Source of the DNA: Candidatus Micrarchaeia archaeon
Lineage (GTDB): Archaea; Micrarchaeota; Micrarchaeia; Burarchaeales; Fermentimicrarchaeaceae
Length of the DNA stretch: 64,000 bases
NCBI GenBank assembly: GCA_038871515.1
Contig: JAVZHX010000001.1
Span: 318,915 to 382,914 of the forward strand
Direction: 5' to 3'
Shown: piece by piece, positions 35,022 to 45,010 of the stretch
How positions within the stretch are numbered: the stretch's first letter is position 1
Layout of the letters: every line of letters begins with the position of its first letter
The notes under the pieces: generated by a model
What the model saw: only the letters and a program-made list of their open reading frames with translations
Database searches by the model: none
Told to the model about the DNA's origin: nothing
Made by a program: the position numbers and the translations under genes

Positions 35022-35990
35022 ATGTATCTGCCAGAAGCTCTTGCACTGCAGATGAGAAAGCAGCACTATCATTTAGTTGGAAGCCACTCCGCAGTTAAAG
35101 CATGCAAGTGGTTGAGGGAGAGCATAACTGGGAGGAGAACATGCTACAAAAACACGTTTTACGGGATTAACAGCTGGCAGTGCGTTCAGTGCTCCCCAAT
35201 GGTGAGCTGCAACCTTGCATGCAGGTTCTGCTGGAGGATATCGCCAGATGACATTGGAGTGAAGTGGAATGAAATGAGAGAACCAAAATGGGATTCACCT
35301 GAGATGCTTGCGGATGGTTTTCTCATGGAGCAGAGGAGAATTGTTTCCGGTTATAAAGGTAACCCAAAAGTTGTTATGGAAAGATGGAGGGAGGCAAACA
35401 GCCCAGCGCACGTTGCGATAAGCTTAATTGGCGAAGTTACCCTCTACCCATATCTATCTGAATTAATTGAAATTTTTCACAAAAAAGGAATGAGCACGTT
35501 TGTTGTCACAAATGGAACCTTTCCGAAAATGATTGAGAAACTTAACCCTCTGCCAACACAGCTGTATATGTCACTTGAAGCACCTGATGAAGAAACTTAT
35601 GCGAAAACCTGCCGCCCAAGAAACAAGGAAGCATGGAAAGGCGTTAATGAAACTCTTGAGCTTTTCCCTTCTTTGAAAACAAGAAAAGTATTGAGACTGA
35701 CTTTGGTAAATGGGTTGAATATGGTGAACCCAGAAGGGTATGCAAAACTGATAATGAAAGCACAGCCTGACTACGTTGAACCAAAAAGCTTTGTTTTCGT
35801 TGGTGGGGCAAGGTATAACAGAGGTTTGAGTTTGAATGATATGCCGAAGCATGAGGAGATAAGGGAGTTTGCAAGAAAACTCTCTGAGGAGACAGGCTAT
35901 ATAATTTCGGATGAAAGGAAGGACAGTAGGGTTGTGCTTCTTTGCAGAGACAGAAATGCTGAAAAAAGCAGATTCATTCAGAAGAAGTAA
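35022..35990 (+). CDS. taw1: Radical SAM tRNA 4-demethylwyosine synthase (Taw1/TYW1)
   Basis: The N-terminal block KQHYHLVGSHSAVKACKWLRESI and the radical SAM cluster CNLACRFCWR match the archaeal TYW1 family. Confidence 0.6.
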   Translation: MYLPEALALQMRKQHYHLVGSHSAVKACKWLRESITGRRTCYKNTFYGINSWQCVQCSPMVSCNLACRFCWRISPDDIGVKWNEMREPKWDSPEMLADGFLMEQRRIVSGYKGNPKVVMERWREANSPAHVAISLIGEVTLYPYLSELIEIFHKKGMSTFVVTNGTFPKMIEKLNPLPTQLYMSLEAPDEETYAKTCRPRNKEAWKGVNETLELFPSLKTRKVLRLTLVNGLNMVNPEGYAKLIMKAQPDYVEPKSFVFVGGARYNRGLSLNDMPKHEEIREFARKLSEETGYIISDERKDSRVVLLCRDRNAEKSRFIQKK

Positions 35991-36295
35991 TTCGTCCTTT
36001 CAACTTCCTCCTCTTTAACTTTAAATACAATTTCCCTAAGCTCATCAATTGTTGGGACACCAACAAATGCAACTCTTCCATTCACAAGTATTGCAGGAGT
36101 TGAATCTATCTGAAACTCATACATCCTCAGCTGCCCCTCCTCGCTGAGTATACTCTCCTCATGAAGCACAACTGGGAACTTGCAGGTGGAAACGAGCTGC
36201 TTTGCAACCTTCATTGCTTTCGGTGAATGGGGGCAGTTTGGCGAAGTTATAACTTCAATGAATATTGGGTTCATGCTTATTTTTTCTCTGAGCAA
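35978..36295 (-). CDS. Thioredoxin-fold (glutaredoxin-like) small protein
   Basis: 105 aa with an N-terminal CPHS motif in a beta-alpha-beta context (IEVITSPNCPHSPKA) and a C-terminal VGVPT cis-Pro-like region. Confidence 0.5.
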   Translation of the reverse strand: MLREKISMNPIFIEVITSPNCPHSPKAMKVAKQLVSTCKFPVVLHEESILSEEGQLRMYEFQIDSTPAILVNGRVAFVGVPTIDELREIVFKVKEEEVERTNYFF

Positions 36296-36318
36296 GTATA
36301 AAAATACATGCTAAAACG

Positions 36319-37023
36319 TTAGGCAGGTTTAAGCAGTGAAAAATGCTTTCTGCTCACCTCAACAGCTATTTTTGAGTTCGTTTTTATATGGTGGATGAAC
36401 TGCCCATCAATCACAAGGTCCGCATTTCCCTTCTTCACAACTACGGTGCATTTTGCGGAGTTGGGCAGCACAACTGGTTTGAAACTTCTTCTGTAAGGTG
36501 CGATTGGGACAACTTCATATTTCTTCGCATTTGGAGGCAGCTCTGGTGCACCACATGAGTAAGCATAAGCAGTCGAACCCGTCGGAGTTGAGAAAAGCAC
36601 TCCATCTGCTCGGAAGGTTGCTTTTTTTCCATTGAAAAAAAGAATGAGTTCAACTAACCGGTGATCCCTGCTTCTTATGCAAACTTCGTTCAACGCATTC
36701 TCATACCTTTTTCCTGCACTACGGCACTCCAGCATGCTCCTTCTCTCAATCTTATTCCTCTTAAGCAACCTCTCAAGAATCTCTCTCCAGTTCTTGTAGT
36801 TTGACTGGCAGATGAAGCTTCTCTCATTCCCAATTCCAAAAACGGGTTTGTTATACTTATTTTTGTTGTAAAGCAACGTTCCATCTCCTCCAATTGTGAT
36901 AAGCACTTGCCCCTCCTCCACCCTCACTCCCCTTTGAATAAGAAACGCTTCCACTTCTCTTTTTAGCTTCACCGCCCACTCCTTCTCTGGGTTGGCTACG
37001 ACAAACGCGCTCATCACTTTCAT
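36319..37023 (-). CDS. nadK: NAD+ kinase
   Basis: The GGDGT motif (ITIGGDGTLLY) and the DGVLFSTPTGSTAYAYSCGAP region are present. Confidence 0.8.
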   Translation of the reverse strand: MKVMSAFVVANPEKEWAVKLKREVEAFLIQRGVRVEEGQVLITIGGDGTLLYNKNKYNKPVFGIGNERSFICQSNYKNWREILERLLKRNKIERRSMLECRSAGKRYENALNEVCIRSRDHRLVELILFFNGKKATFRADGVLFSTPTGSTAYAYSCGAPELPPNAKKYEVVPIAPYRRSFKPVVLPNSAKCTVVVKKGNADLVIDGQFIHHIKTNSKIAVEVSRKHFSLLKPA

Positions 37024-37443
37024 TCAATCACTTTTCAGAATTGTCACGTTAACAACTCTTTTGCTTCTTGGCCCGTCAAGCTCGCAGAATATAACCCTCT
37101 GCCAAGTTCCCAAAACAAGCCTTCCCTCCTCAATTGGTATCACTCTCCCTGAGCCGAACAAACCACTTATCAAATGGGCAGTTGCATTATCGTCTATTCT
37201 GTCATGCGCATAGTTTATTTTTGGCAGAATAGTTTCAAAAATTCTTTCAAAATCGCTCTGTAGGTTCGGCTCAAATTCATTTATAATAATTGCGGCTGTG
37301 GCATGGGGCGCGTGCACAACACACGCACCTGTTTTCACTCCGCTTTTTTCAACAAAGCTTTGAACGTGATTCGTTACATCCACAAGCTCAATTTTCTTTT
37401 TCGTTGAAAGATAGAATTGCATCAGCTCACCCTCAATCTGCAT
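37024..37443 (-). CDS. YjbQ/UPF0047 family protein (secondary thiamine-phosphate synthase-like)
   Basis: 139 aa with the family pattern VTNHVQ...GACVVHAPHATAAIIINEFE...HLISGLFGSG. It abuts nadK. Confidence 0.7.
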   Translation of the reverse strand: MQIEGELMQFYLSTKKKIELVDVTNHVQSFVEKSGVKTGACVVHAPHATAAIIINEFEPNLQSDFERIFETILPKINYAHDRIDDNATAHLISGLFGSGRVIPIEEGRLVLGTWQRVIFCELDGPRSKRVVNVTILKSD

Positions 37444-37787
37444 ATTTCAGCAGTTTCATTATCCTTTATCCACATACAGACAAGCGAGTTATTCTGCCTC
37501 ACGCCAATCACAACGTTTCTGCACTGTCCCTCAAGTTCAGAGTGAATGTTGGAGCATTCGGATTCGTTGAGCTCAAGAAGAGCAATCCTCATCACACAGT
37601 AATCCCTTGCAGTTGAATTCTGAATTCTGTTGCACAGCAGTGAGTTGCTGTGCTGAAATGCAAGCGCTGAGAAGCACCTATCTTTTACCTCTAAATCAAG
37701 GGACTGCTCACACATAGACTCTATACTCATAACTCCACAGCATCCAACTAACATCAATGAAACCAAGAGGAAGTGCGCTTTCATCAA
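37422..37787 (-). CDS. Small secreted Cys-rich protein
   Basis: Signal peptide MMKAHFLLVSLMLVGCCG, then about 10 Cys in 100 aa. Confidence 0.35.
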   Translation of the reverse strand: MMKAHFLLVSLMLVGCCGVMSIESMCEQSLDLEVKDRCFSALAFQHSNSLLCNRIQNSTARDYCVMRIALLELNESECSNIHSELEGQCRNVVIGVRQNNSLVCMWIKDNETAEICRLRVS

Positions 37788-37807
37788 AAATATATTGGAT
37801 TGATTAT

Positions 37808-38557
37808 TTAAATACTGAACCCTTGAAGCGCTTCCTCCTCCATAAAGTGAAGCTTGCCCGGTATTATCAAAATGAAGGGTGGCTTCCCAAGCTCTTTTTT
37901 AATTATCTCTTCGGCTTTTCCATAGGTGATTTTCTGCTCCTCGCTGCCAACCCTGCTTAGCACAACCACGTGAAACTCTCCCAGCTTCCCTTCCTCTTTA
38001 TCAACTTTTATAAGCTGCTCAACTGCCTCCTTTGCATCCATGCATCTTTCCTTCAAATCAAGAAAAACAACTGAGTGCAAACCCCTTTTTCTATTTTCAG
38101 CTATAACCTCATAGCTGCTTCTCGGCTCGTAACCCTTGCTCCACATCGCAAGCGTGCATGGCTTTCCAATTTTATATACTTGCAAACCACACTCTCCAAT
38201 TGCAGCTGTGAGAATTGAGGAGGAGTGCACTATTTCTGTTTTAATTCCTTTTTTCTCAGCAGAGAGTTTAAGCGAGATATGGGTGGTTGATATCATTGGG
38301 TCGCCGTGAGTGAGAAGCGCAACTCTTTTGGAAGCTGCCTCCTCAAGAATTTTTCTCTCACCCTCCACCTCCTCCCTGCTCAGAAGAGTTATTTTTTTGT
38401 CAATAAGTTTTTCCAAGCGTTTCAGAGAGCCCTCCTCCATCACTCCAGTGTACTGCTCCGCAAAAACAACATCGCATTCCTTCAGCTTCTCCAAACCCCT
38501 TAAGCTTATATCCTTCTCACTCCGCAGCCCCATTCCAATTAGCAACAGCTCTCCCAT
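37808..38557 (-). CDS. dph5: Diphthine synthase (Dph5), a tetrapyrrole-methylase fold enzyme
   Basis: The N-terminus MGELLLIGMGLRSEKDISLRGLEKLKECDVVFAEQYTG matches the Dph5 start. Length is about 250 aa. Confidence 0.65.
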   Translation of the reverse strand: MGELLLIGMGLRSEKDISLRGLEKLKECDVVFAEQYTGVMEEGSLKRLEKLIDKKITLLSREEVEGERKILEEAASKRVALLTHGDPMISTTHISLKLSAEKKGIKTEIVHSSSILTAAIGECGLQVYKIGKPCTLAMWSKGYEPRSSYEVIAENRKRGLHSVVFLDLKERCMDAKEAVEQLIKVDKEEGKLGEFHVVVLSRVGSEEQKITYGKAEEIIKKELGKPPFILIIPGKLHFMEEEALQGFSI

Positions 38558-39427
38558 TCAAACACCTGCAAGCAACCTTAAAGTATCCCTCACACCTGGC
38601 GCCAAGCCAAATATTATTAAAAGAAGGAACATGTAATCCTTCTCCTCCCTCTTCTCATCAGAAGTTTCAAGTATGTAAACCGCAAGTGTTGAGAAGAGAA
38701 CTTTCACTACATAGAAAGCAAGCATCGTCCCAAAAATTGCTCCCAAACCAGCGCTGAGAACATGCTGCTCAAAATATGCCCCAGTGAAAAGCTCTATTGC
38801 AACGTAAGAAGCAGCGCCATCAAGGGAGTGGGAGAAAACAACAAGGAGATGGGTGGTATTTGGCTTTAGTTTTCTCTCCAAAAGAAATTTTCCAACAATA
38901 ACTCCAAGAATGGTGAGCAGGATAACCAGAAGAGCGTGAAGCCAGTTTTTCATAAGTGGAATTAGAAGTATAAAATGGGGAAGAAAAAGTAGGAAAGCAA
39001 AGGATGGGAGAAGCTCCATTTTTTTCATTCTGTTGAAAAGAAGAACTGAGAGGAAGGTAAGCAAGCCTATAACAACGTATATACCTGGTGTTGTTGTTAT
39101 AATGCTGTAATCATAAAGATGGGAGTTTCCAACAACTCCATACAAACCAAACAGGGCGGAGCTGTTGAGAAGGAATTGATTTGTTGCTGCGGACTCACCT
39201 GTTGCATCAGTAACAACCCTCACCGTTGAGCCAAGGAGGATGAATGGAATGATGCGAAGAATGAACTTCTCATCTATTTTCACCTTTTCTCTCTTGAGAA
39301 TTTTGAAAAAAACAAAAGCTACAAATAAAGCAATGGTTGCGTAAACAACCGTGTTCACCAAGTTGTAACCTGTTCTATCGTAAATTGGTTCAATAAAATA
39401 GGTTTCTATAAACCCTCCTGCTTCCAT
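38558..39427 (-). CDS. Polytopic membrane protein of unknown function
   Basis: 289 aa with about 8 TM helices. It abuts dph5. Confidence 0.45.
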   Translation of the reverse strand: MEAGGFIETYFIEPIYDRTGYNLVNTVVYATIALFVAFVFFKILKREKVKIDEKFILRIIPFILLGSTVRVVTDATGESAATNQFLLNSSALFGLYGVVGNSHLYDYSIITTTPGIYVVIGLLTFLSVLLFNRMKKMELLPSFAFLLFLPHFILLIPLMKNWLHALLVILLTILGVIVGKFLLERKLKPNTTHLLVVFSHSLDGAASYVAIELFTGAYFEQHVLSAGLGAIFGTMLAFYVVKVLFSTLAVYILETSDEKREEKDYMFLLLIIFGLAPGVRDTLRLLAGV

Positions 39428-39464
39428 ATTATCTATAAAGCAATGATAATTAAAGTTTGTGCAG

Positions 39465-39977
39465 CTATCTCTCCCACATCTCTATAAACCTGTCAACAAC
39501 CTCATCCAGAAAACTTGAGCGGTAGGTAACTATTACTTTTGCAATTTCTTTTGGGTTGGAAAGGGAGTATAGAACCTGCTTGCCAGCTCTTCTTTTTTTA
39601 AGTATTTTTGACTGCAGCATTTTATCAAGGTACCATGAAGTTGTTGCAGCAGAAAGCTTCAGTTCAGAGGTTATTTTCTTGTGGCTCAGCTTCTCCTTTG
39701 TGAGTAAAAGTATTGCAATGTGGCGGATGGGCTTCTGCCTAAGAAGGGAGAGCAACTCCTTCTCCCTTTCTGTGAACAGACCAATTGCATAGTAACGCAC
39801 ATACTCCCCATCCCTCTTTGCAACAACAAGCTTATCTTCAAGAAGCTTTCTTATGTGGTGCTGAAGCGTTCCAACAGAAAGTTTCAGAGAGCGCTGAATC
39901 TCCCTGAAATGGCTCCCTGGAAAGCGAAGTATGTATTCGTATATCTGCTGGCGCTGCTCCAGCCCCTGAATCTGCAT
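39465..39977 (-). CDS. Winged-HTH transcriptional regulator with two HTH-like repeats
   Basis: The HTH-like regions are YEYILRFPGSHFREIQRSLKLSVGTLQHHIRKLLEDKLV and a second one near ITSELKLSAATTSWYLDKMLQSKILKK. Confidence 0.55.
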   Translation of the reverse strand: MQIQGLEQRQQIYEYILRFPGSHFREIQRSLKLSVGTLQHHIRKLLEDKLVVAKRDGEYVRYYAIGLFTEREKELLSLLRQKPIRHIAILLLTKEKLSHKKITSELKLSAATTSWYLDKMLQSKILKKRRAGKQVLYSLSNPKEIAKVIVTYRSSFLDEVVDRFIEMWER

Positions 39978-39978
39978 T

Positions 39979-40251
39979 CTACTCCCTCACAACTGCAAAG
40001 AAGATGAGCGCAAGGGTAAGAAAGTCAAGTATGTTTGATAATGAAACTGTGAGAGGTGATTGCTCAGCAATAGTGAACTTTATGAAAATTCTTGCAAAGT
40101 AAGCAAGGAAAGCAAGAGAAACAAAAAGGATTATTCTTTTTCTGTTTTTCCTGTATGCAAGCAGTGAAATCAACGCAAGCCCTACGGAGAGCAGTATTGT
40201 TGATGCGCCAATAAGAATGTTGAAACCAGATGTGTATTCCGTCATATTCAT
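39979..40251 (-). CDS. Small membrane protein (3 TM helices)
   Basis: 90 aa and hydrophobic, 2 nt downstream of the HTH regulator gene. Confidence 0.3.
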   Translation of the reverse strand: MNMTEYTSGFNILIGASTILLSVGLALISLLAYRKNRKRIILFVSLAFLAYFARIFIKFTIAEQSPLTVSLSNILDFLTLALIFFAVVRE

Positions 40252-40847
40252 CCCTCCAAAACTTCAATTATTTTCTCACCAAACTTCCTGGCAGAAGATG
40301 GACCATCCGCAGTTACAATTCTTCCATCAACCTCAACGCTTCTTCCCGTATAGTTCCCTCCTGCCTCCCTCAGAGCAGCTATTGTTTCCGAGTCACCAAA
40401 GCTTGTTACTTTTTTCCCTCTCACCAAATCGGCGCTTGCCAGTATCCTTGGGGCTATGCAGATTGCGCCAACAACCTTCCCAGCTGCGTTTGCCTCCTTT
40501 GCGATTTTTATAACTGCTGGGTTTTCAGGTAGCTTATGCGTTTCAACTCCCTGCCCTCCAACAAAAATCACAGCTTTGTATTCAGAGATATTTACCTCTG
40601 AAATTAAGAGGTTTGGCTTTGCTCTGCCACCCAGCATTCCCCTTGCTTCACTTTTTGTTGTGCTTGCGATGGTTGTTTCATAACCTGCATTTCTGATTAC
40701 CTCCTGAGTTTGAAAAAGCTCCTCATCCCGAAAATCAGATGGTGCAATTACGAAAAGCACCTTCCCCATCCCCTCACCTCCTGTTTTTTGTTGCTGAATA
40801 CAGCCGAAGAATAAAATGAAGAGTAAAATAATTATGCGAGCTTCCAA
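40248..40847 (-). CDS. DJ-1/PfpI family protein with an N-terminal lipoprotein-like signal sequence
   Basis: The nucleophile-elbow motif is VGAICIAPRILA. The N-terminus is [20 protein letters not shown] (hydrophobic, then Cys). Confidence 0.7.
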   Translation of the reverse strand: MEARIIILLFILFFGCIQQQKTGGEGMGKVLFVIAPSDFRDEELFQTQEVIRNAGYETTIASTTKSEARGMLGGRAKPNLLISEVNISEYKAVIFVGGQGVETHKLPENPAVIKIAKEANAAGKVVGAICIAPRILASADLVRGKKVTSFGDSETIAALREAGGNYTGRSVEVDGRIVTADGPSSARKFGEKIIEVLEG

Positions 40848-42271
40848 CTCGTTCCCTCCTTCTCATCATTCAAAATTACTCCTGCTTTTCTCAGCTCAGC
40901 CCGTATCTCATCTGACAGCTTCCACTCCCCCTTTCTCCTCAGCTCCTCCCTAACCTTTATGATTACTCCAATTACCTTCTCAAGCTGCTCTCCGCCAGTT
41001 TTCCTCTCCTCGCATAACTTCAGCCCAAGTATCCCTCCAAGCTCATCAAACATTTTGATTATTTTATCTTTCAATTCAGTTGTAATTTTCTGGTTGTTGG
41101 AAGTGTATGTGTTTAACTTCCTTGAAAACTCAAACAAGGCAGCAAGCGCCCCAACAGTGTTAAAATCATCATCCATCGCTTTCTCAAACTCCTCCTTTGC
41201 TTTTTTCATCTCCAGCTCAAGCTCCTTTTCCTGAGCTGTTTGCTTCTCCGTTACCCCAAGCTTCCTCAATAATTGTATTGAATTCTTCAAACTTTCCAAG
41301 CTTTTCCTTGCCTGCTCCAAACTTTTTTCATTATAATCAATTGGGCTCCTGTAGTGAGTTGAGGCGAAGAAGTAGCGCAGCGTTTCAGGCTCGTATTTTT
41401 CAAGCACCTCTCGTAACGTTACATAGTTGCCAAGCGACTTTGCCATCTTCTCCCCGTTTATTGTTAAAAACTCTGTATGAAGCCAGTATTTCACAAATGG
41501 TTTCTTGCCAGTAAGCGCTTCTGCCTGCGCTATTTCATTTTCGTGGTGTGGGAACTTCAAATCCCTTCCACCCCCATGTATATCTATCTGCTCCCCAAGA
41601 TACTTGGAAGCCATCACGGAGCACTCAATATGCCAACCCGGGAAACCTTCTCCCCACGGGCTTGGCCACTTAAAGGGGTCTGTTGGTTTTGCTTTCTTCC
41701 ACAGAGCAAAATCCTGCGGGTTTTTCTTGCCTGGGTGAACCTCAAATCTACTCCCCGCAATCATCTCCTTTGGGTTCACCTTTGACAGCTTTCCATATTC
41801 CTTGAACTTGGAAACATCAAAGAAAACATTTCCATCAACTTCATACGCATACCCTTTTTCAACAAGCTTCCTCACAGCTTCAATCATATCAATGATGTGT
41901 CCGGTTGCCCTTGGCGAAATATCCGGGCGGATGACGCCCAACCTATCCATATCAGCAAAATACTCCCTCATATATTTCTCAACAAGCGCCATTGGGTTGA
42001 CCTTTTCTTCCTTTGATTTCTCTCCAATTTTATCCTCCCCAGTGTCTTCCCTTAAGTGACCAACATCGGTTATATTTTGTATATACGTGACTGAGTAACC
42101 CCTGTATTTTAACCAGCGTATTATCACATCAAAAGCAGTATATGTTCTAGCATGCCCAAGGTGCGCCCAATCGTAAACAGTTGGGCCACACACGTAAATT
42201 CCAACTCTTCCTTTTTTAATTGGAGTAAACTCCTCAAGCTTTCCTGTTAAACTGTTATGCACTTTAAGCAT
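40832..42271 (-). CDS. cysS: Cysteinyl-tRNA synthetase
   Basis: HIGH-type motif ([16 protein letters not shown]), KMSKS (KMAKSLGN), and zinc ligands. Confidence 0.9.
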   Translation of the reverse strand: MLKVHNSLTGKLEEFTPIKKGRVGIYVCGPTVYDWAHLGHARTYTAFDVIIRWLKYRGYSVTYIQNITDVGHLREDTGEDKIGEKSKEEKVNPMALVEKYMREYFADMDRLGVIRPDISPRATGHIIDMIEAVRKLVEKGYAYEVDGNVFFDVSKFKEYGKLSKVNPKEMIAGSRFEVHPGKKNPQDFALWKKAKPTDPFKWPSPWGEGFPGWHIECSVMASKYLGEQIDIHGGGRDLKFPHHENEIAQAEALTGKKPFVKYWLHTEFLTINGEKMAKSLGNYVTLREVLEKYEPETLRYFFASTHYRSPIDYNEKSLEQARKSLESLKNSIQLLRKLGVTEKQTAQEKELELEMKKAKEEFEKAMDDDFNTVGALAALFEFSRKLNTYTSNNQKITTELKDKIIKMFDELGGILGLKLCEERKTGGEQLEKVIGVIIKVREELRRKGEWKLSDEIRAELRKAGVILNDEKEGTSWKLA

Positions 42272-42284
42272 CCGTTCACCTCAT

Positions 42285-42355
42285 AGCCAGGAAGGGGAAT
42301 CGAACCCCTCTATGCCGGTCTGCAGCCGGCCACATAGCCACTCTGTCATCCTGGC
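42285..42355 (-). tRNA. tRNA-Cys (anticodon GCA)
   Basis: Reverse complement GCCAGGAUGACAGAGUGGCUAUGUGGCCGGCUGCAGACCGGCAUAGAGGGGUUCGAUUCCCCUUCCUGGCU. The acceptor stem is GCCAGGA/UCCUGGC, the anticodon loop CUGCAGA gives GCA, and the discriminator is U. It lies directly upstream of cysS. Confidence 0.8.
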
Positions 42356-42380
42356 GTATTTATTATAAACTTAATTATTT

Positions 42381-43664
42381 TTAAGTTCCTGCCTCCCACG
42401 AGCGAGCATACCTCAACTGCTCAGCAGTTGGCTTTGTGAGTTTAACCCCATTCAACTCAAGCACAAGCCGGGCAACTTCATCATCTATCTCCTTTGGAAC
42501 TACAATTACTTTTTTGGGAAGTTTATTTTCTAAAATAAACTCTAAGCTCATAACTTGGAGGGCAAAGCTCCCATCCATTATTTCAATTGGGTGCCCCTGT
42601 CCAGCCGGCCTTGCAAGGTTCACAAGCCTTCCCTCAGAGAGAAGATATAACTTCTTTCCATTTTTCAAAACGAACCTCTCTACATTTTCCTTTACTCTGT
42701 CTTTTTTTATTGCAATTTTCCTTAATGAATTAACATCTATTTCATTATCAAAATGCCCTGCGTTTGCAAGCACTGCTCCATCCTTCATCCTCTCAAAATG
42801 TTTTTTTGTTATAACATTGATGTTCCCCGTTGCAGTTATGAATATATCTCCTTCCTCTGCTGCCTCATCCATACTCATCACTCTGAAACCGCTGTAAAGC
42901 GCTTCAAGTGCTTTGTGCTGCCCTGCGGGACTGTTTTCATTTGTCAACCTGCCAAGAGTTTCAACAACTATCACGTTTGCTCCCAAACCCCTCATCCTCT
43001 CGCATATTCCTCTGCCGCACCACCCAAACCCAACTACAACAACTGTTTTTCCAGCAATGAGTTTGTTTGTTGCCCTCATTATTCCTTCAACTGCGCTCTG
43101 CGCAGTTCCAAACCTGTTGTCAAAGAGGAATTTTGAGTATGCATCATTCACCGCTACAACTGGAAACTCAAGCTTGCCCTCTCTTTCCATTGCTCTTAAC
43201 CTATTCACTCCCGTTGTTGTTTCCTCACACGCCCCCCTTATCCTCTCAATTAACTCCCTTCTTTTTTTATGAACCATAAATATCTGGTCGCACCCATCAT
43301 CAATCAACAAATCTGGTTGATGGTTCAGAACGCTGTTTATATTTTTGTAATAATCCTCCCTGCTTTCACCTGCCCATGCGTATACATCAACTCCTTTTTC
43401 AGCTAACGCAGCAGCTACTCTGTCGTCTGTTGTGAGTGGGTTGCAGCTTGCAGCAGCAACCGTTGCTCCTCCTTTCATCAGAGTTTCAATAAGCACTCCA
43501 GTTTTCTTCTCAAGGTGAAGGCACACCCCAATGCAAATCCCTCTGAACGGCTTTTCCTTCTCAAATTTCTTCCCAATAAAATTAAGGAGAGGCATATTCT
43601 CCCTTGCCCACGCAAGCTCCTTCTCTCCCTCTCCTGAAAGCTTAGGGTTTTTTATTCTGCTCAT
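42381..43664 (-). CDS. ahcY: S-adenosyl-L-homocysteine hydrolase
   Basis: Typical AdoHcyase NAD-binding region (VVVGFGWCGRGICERMRGLGANVIVVE) and substrate motifs. Confidence 0.9.
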   Translation of the reverse strand: MSRIKNPKLSGEGEKELAWARENMPLLNFIGKKFEKEKPFRGICIGVCLHLEKKTGVLIETLMKGGATVAAASCNPLTTDDRVAAALAEKGVDVYAWAGESREDYYKNINSVLNHQPDLLIDDGCDQIFMVHKKRRELIERIRGACEETTTGVNRLRAMEREGKLEFPVVAVNDAYSKFLFDNRFGTAQSAVEGIMRATNKLIAGKTVVVVGFGWCGRGICERMRGLGANVIVVETLGRLTNENSPAGQHKALEALYSGFRVMSMDEAAEEGDIFITATGNINVITKKHFERMKDGAVLANAGHFDNEIDVNSLRKIAIKKDRVKENVERFVLKNGKKLYLLSEGRLVNLARPAGQGHPIEIMDGSFALQVMSLEFILENKLPKKVIVVPKEIDDEVARLVLELNGVKLTKPTAEQLRYARSWEAGT

Positions 43665-43734
43665 GTTATCACAATAGTTTTATGTTTCCTGTTCTAAAAG
43701 CTTCTCCTGAATAATATGTGTCAGTATTTTTAAA

Positions 43735-43749
43735 TAAAACTGAGTTATA
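43735..43749 (+). promoter_or_regulatory. Palindromic motif AAAACTGAGTTATAG (core AACT-G-AGTT) about 25 nt upstream of the HTH/Cys5 regulator gene. It shares a 12-mer with the site upstream of iscS.
   Basis: The 12-mer AACTGAGTTATA recurs at 47616-47627 inside a perfect 8-1-8 palindrome. Confidence 0.4.
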
Positions 43750-43769
43750 GTATAAGGGGTGCTCTTTGG

Positions 43770-44147
43770 ATGATGATGCCCTGTGAAGTAATCGTTCGCT
43801 ACTACCTGCCTGCCGTCAGGTATAGAGTTGCAAAGGAGCTGCTGGAGAAGCATGGGTGGACTCAGGTTGAAGTTTCAAAGGAGCTTGGGATAACACAGGC
43901 TGCAGTAAGCAAGTACAGAAGCGGTAAGTTGGACAGGAAGGCGAAGGAGTTTGCAGAGAGCGATGAAATAAAGGAAGCTGCAGAAAGAATTGCGGAGAAA
44001 ATTGCTTCTGGTGAAATTAAAACTCCAAAATCAATAAACAAAATCTGTCTTCTCTGTGTTTCGCTGAGAAAAAATGGTAAGCTTTGCGAGCTTCATCTTG
44101 ATATGAAGAAACTTGAAAGGAATGTATGCGACGTCTGTCTTAAGTAG
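43770..44147 (+). CDS. Small HTH transcriptional regulator with a C-terminal 5-Cys cluster (putative metal or Fe-S sensing)
   Basis: The HTH is GWTQVEVSKELGITQAAVSKYRSG. The C-terminus is CLLCVSLRKNGKLCELHLDMKKLERNVCDVC. Confidence 0.5.
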   Translation: MMMPCEVIVRYYLPAVRYRVAKELLEKHGWTQVEVSKELGITQAAVSKYRSGKLDRKAKEFAESDEIKEAAERIAEKIASGEIKTPKSINKICLLCVSLRKNGKLCELHLDMKKLERNVCDVCLK

Positions 44148-44155
44148 GTGAGCTT

Positions 44156-45001
44156 TTGAGAGAGTTTCCCCAGCTCATTTTTTACGTTTGCTTCTTCCTC
44201 ATTTTCATTTACTGCTCCCTTCTCCTGCTCTCCCCTATTTTAATTCAATCAGATAACAGATTTTTTGTGGGGGTTGGGGCAGTTAGTTACATATTCAATA
44301 TATTTATGTGCCATCAGCTTCCGCAGAGAAGTTTTTTCATTTTCGGGGAGCAGATGCCGGTGTGCTCAAGAGATGCCAGTTTATTTTTTGGCGTTCTGCT
44401 TGCTTTTGTTCTATCAGCAGCGAAGCTTCCTTCTTTTTTGAAAAAACCACATCTTTCAGTGCTGAGCGTTATTCTGCTTGGCATTGATGGAGTGCTCCAG
44501 CTTATTGGAGTTTGGGAAAGCACCAATTTAATTAGAGCTTTCACTGGTTTTTTTGCTGGGTTTGTGATTACGCTGTATGTAATTGAGGTGTTTGTTGGCG
44601 AGTGGCGGTTTAACAGAAAACTTGTTCTGAGGGCTTTTCTCTCAGTGCTACCCGTTCTGATACTTCTTCTTTTATCCTCTTTCTACGTGGGTGGCATCTA
44701 CCTAACAAAATCAGAAGTTTTAACAAGAGCAAAAGCAATAAATAACTCACCATTCATAAAAGTGTTTTACATAGCGCCGCGTGCATTCAGCTCAAGCATA
44801 CCAAGTGATGTTTACGTGCAAGATTACAATGACACGGTACTGAACGACGTGGCAAGAATTGGAAACGGCAAGCACTCTTATGGGGTGTGGGTTGCAGTTT
44901 TTTCAAACGAATCGCATGGGAGGTATGTTTTTGCATCTGAGGGAGTGAATTGCTTCTACGATGCAATGAGTGGAGAGTTTATAGGAATGTTTGAGCATTG
45001 A
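44156..45001 (+). CDS. DUF2085-like membrane protein
   Basis: The conserved CHQLPQRSFFIFG...PVCSRD signature of the DUF2085 family is present. 4-5 TM helices and a C-terminal extracytoplasmic domain. Confidence 0.5.
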   Translation: MREFPQLIFYVCFFLIFIYCSLLLLSPILIQSDNRFFVGVGAVSYIFNIFMCHQLPQRSFFIFGEQMPVCSRDASLFFGVLLAFVLSAAKLPSFLKKPHLSVLSVILLGIDGVLQLIGVWESTNLIRAFTGFFAGFVITLYVIEVFVGEWRFNRKLVLRAFLSVLPVLILLLLSSFYVGGIYLTKSEVLTRAKAINNSPFIKVFYIAPRAFSSSIPSDVYVQDYNDTVLNDVARIGNGKHSYGVWVAVFSNESHGRYVFASEGVNCFYDAMSGEFIGMFEH

Positions 45002-45010
45002 GGTGGGAGA

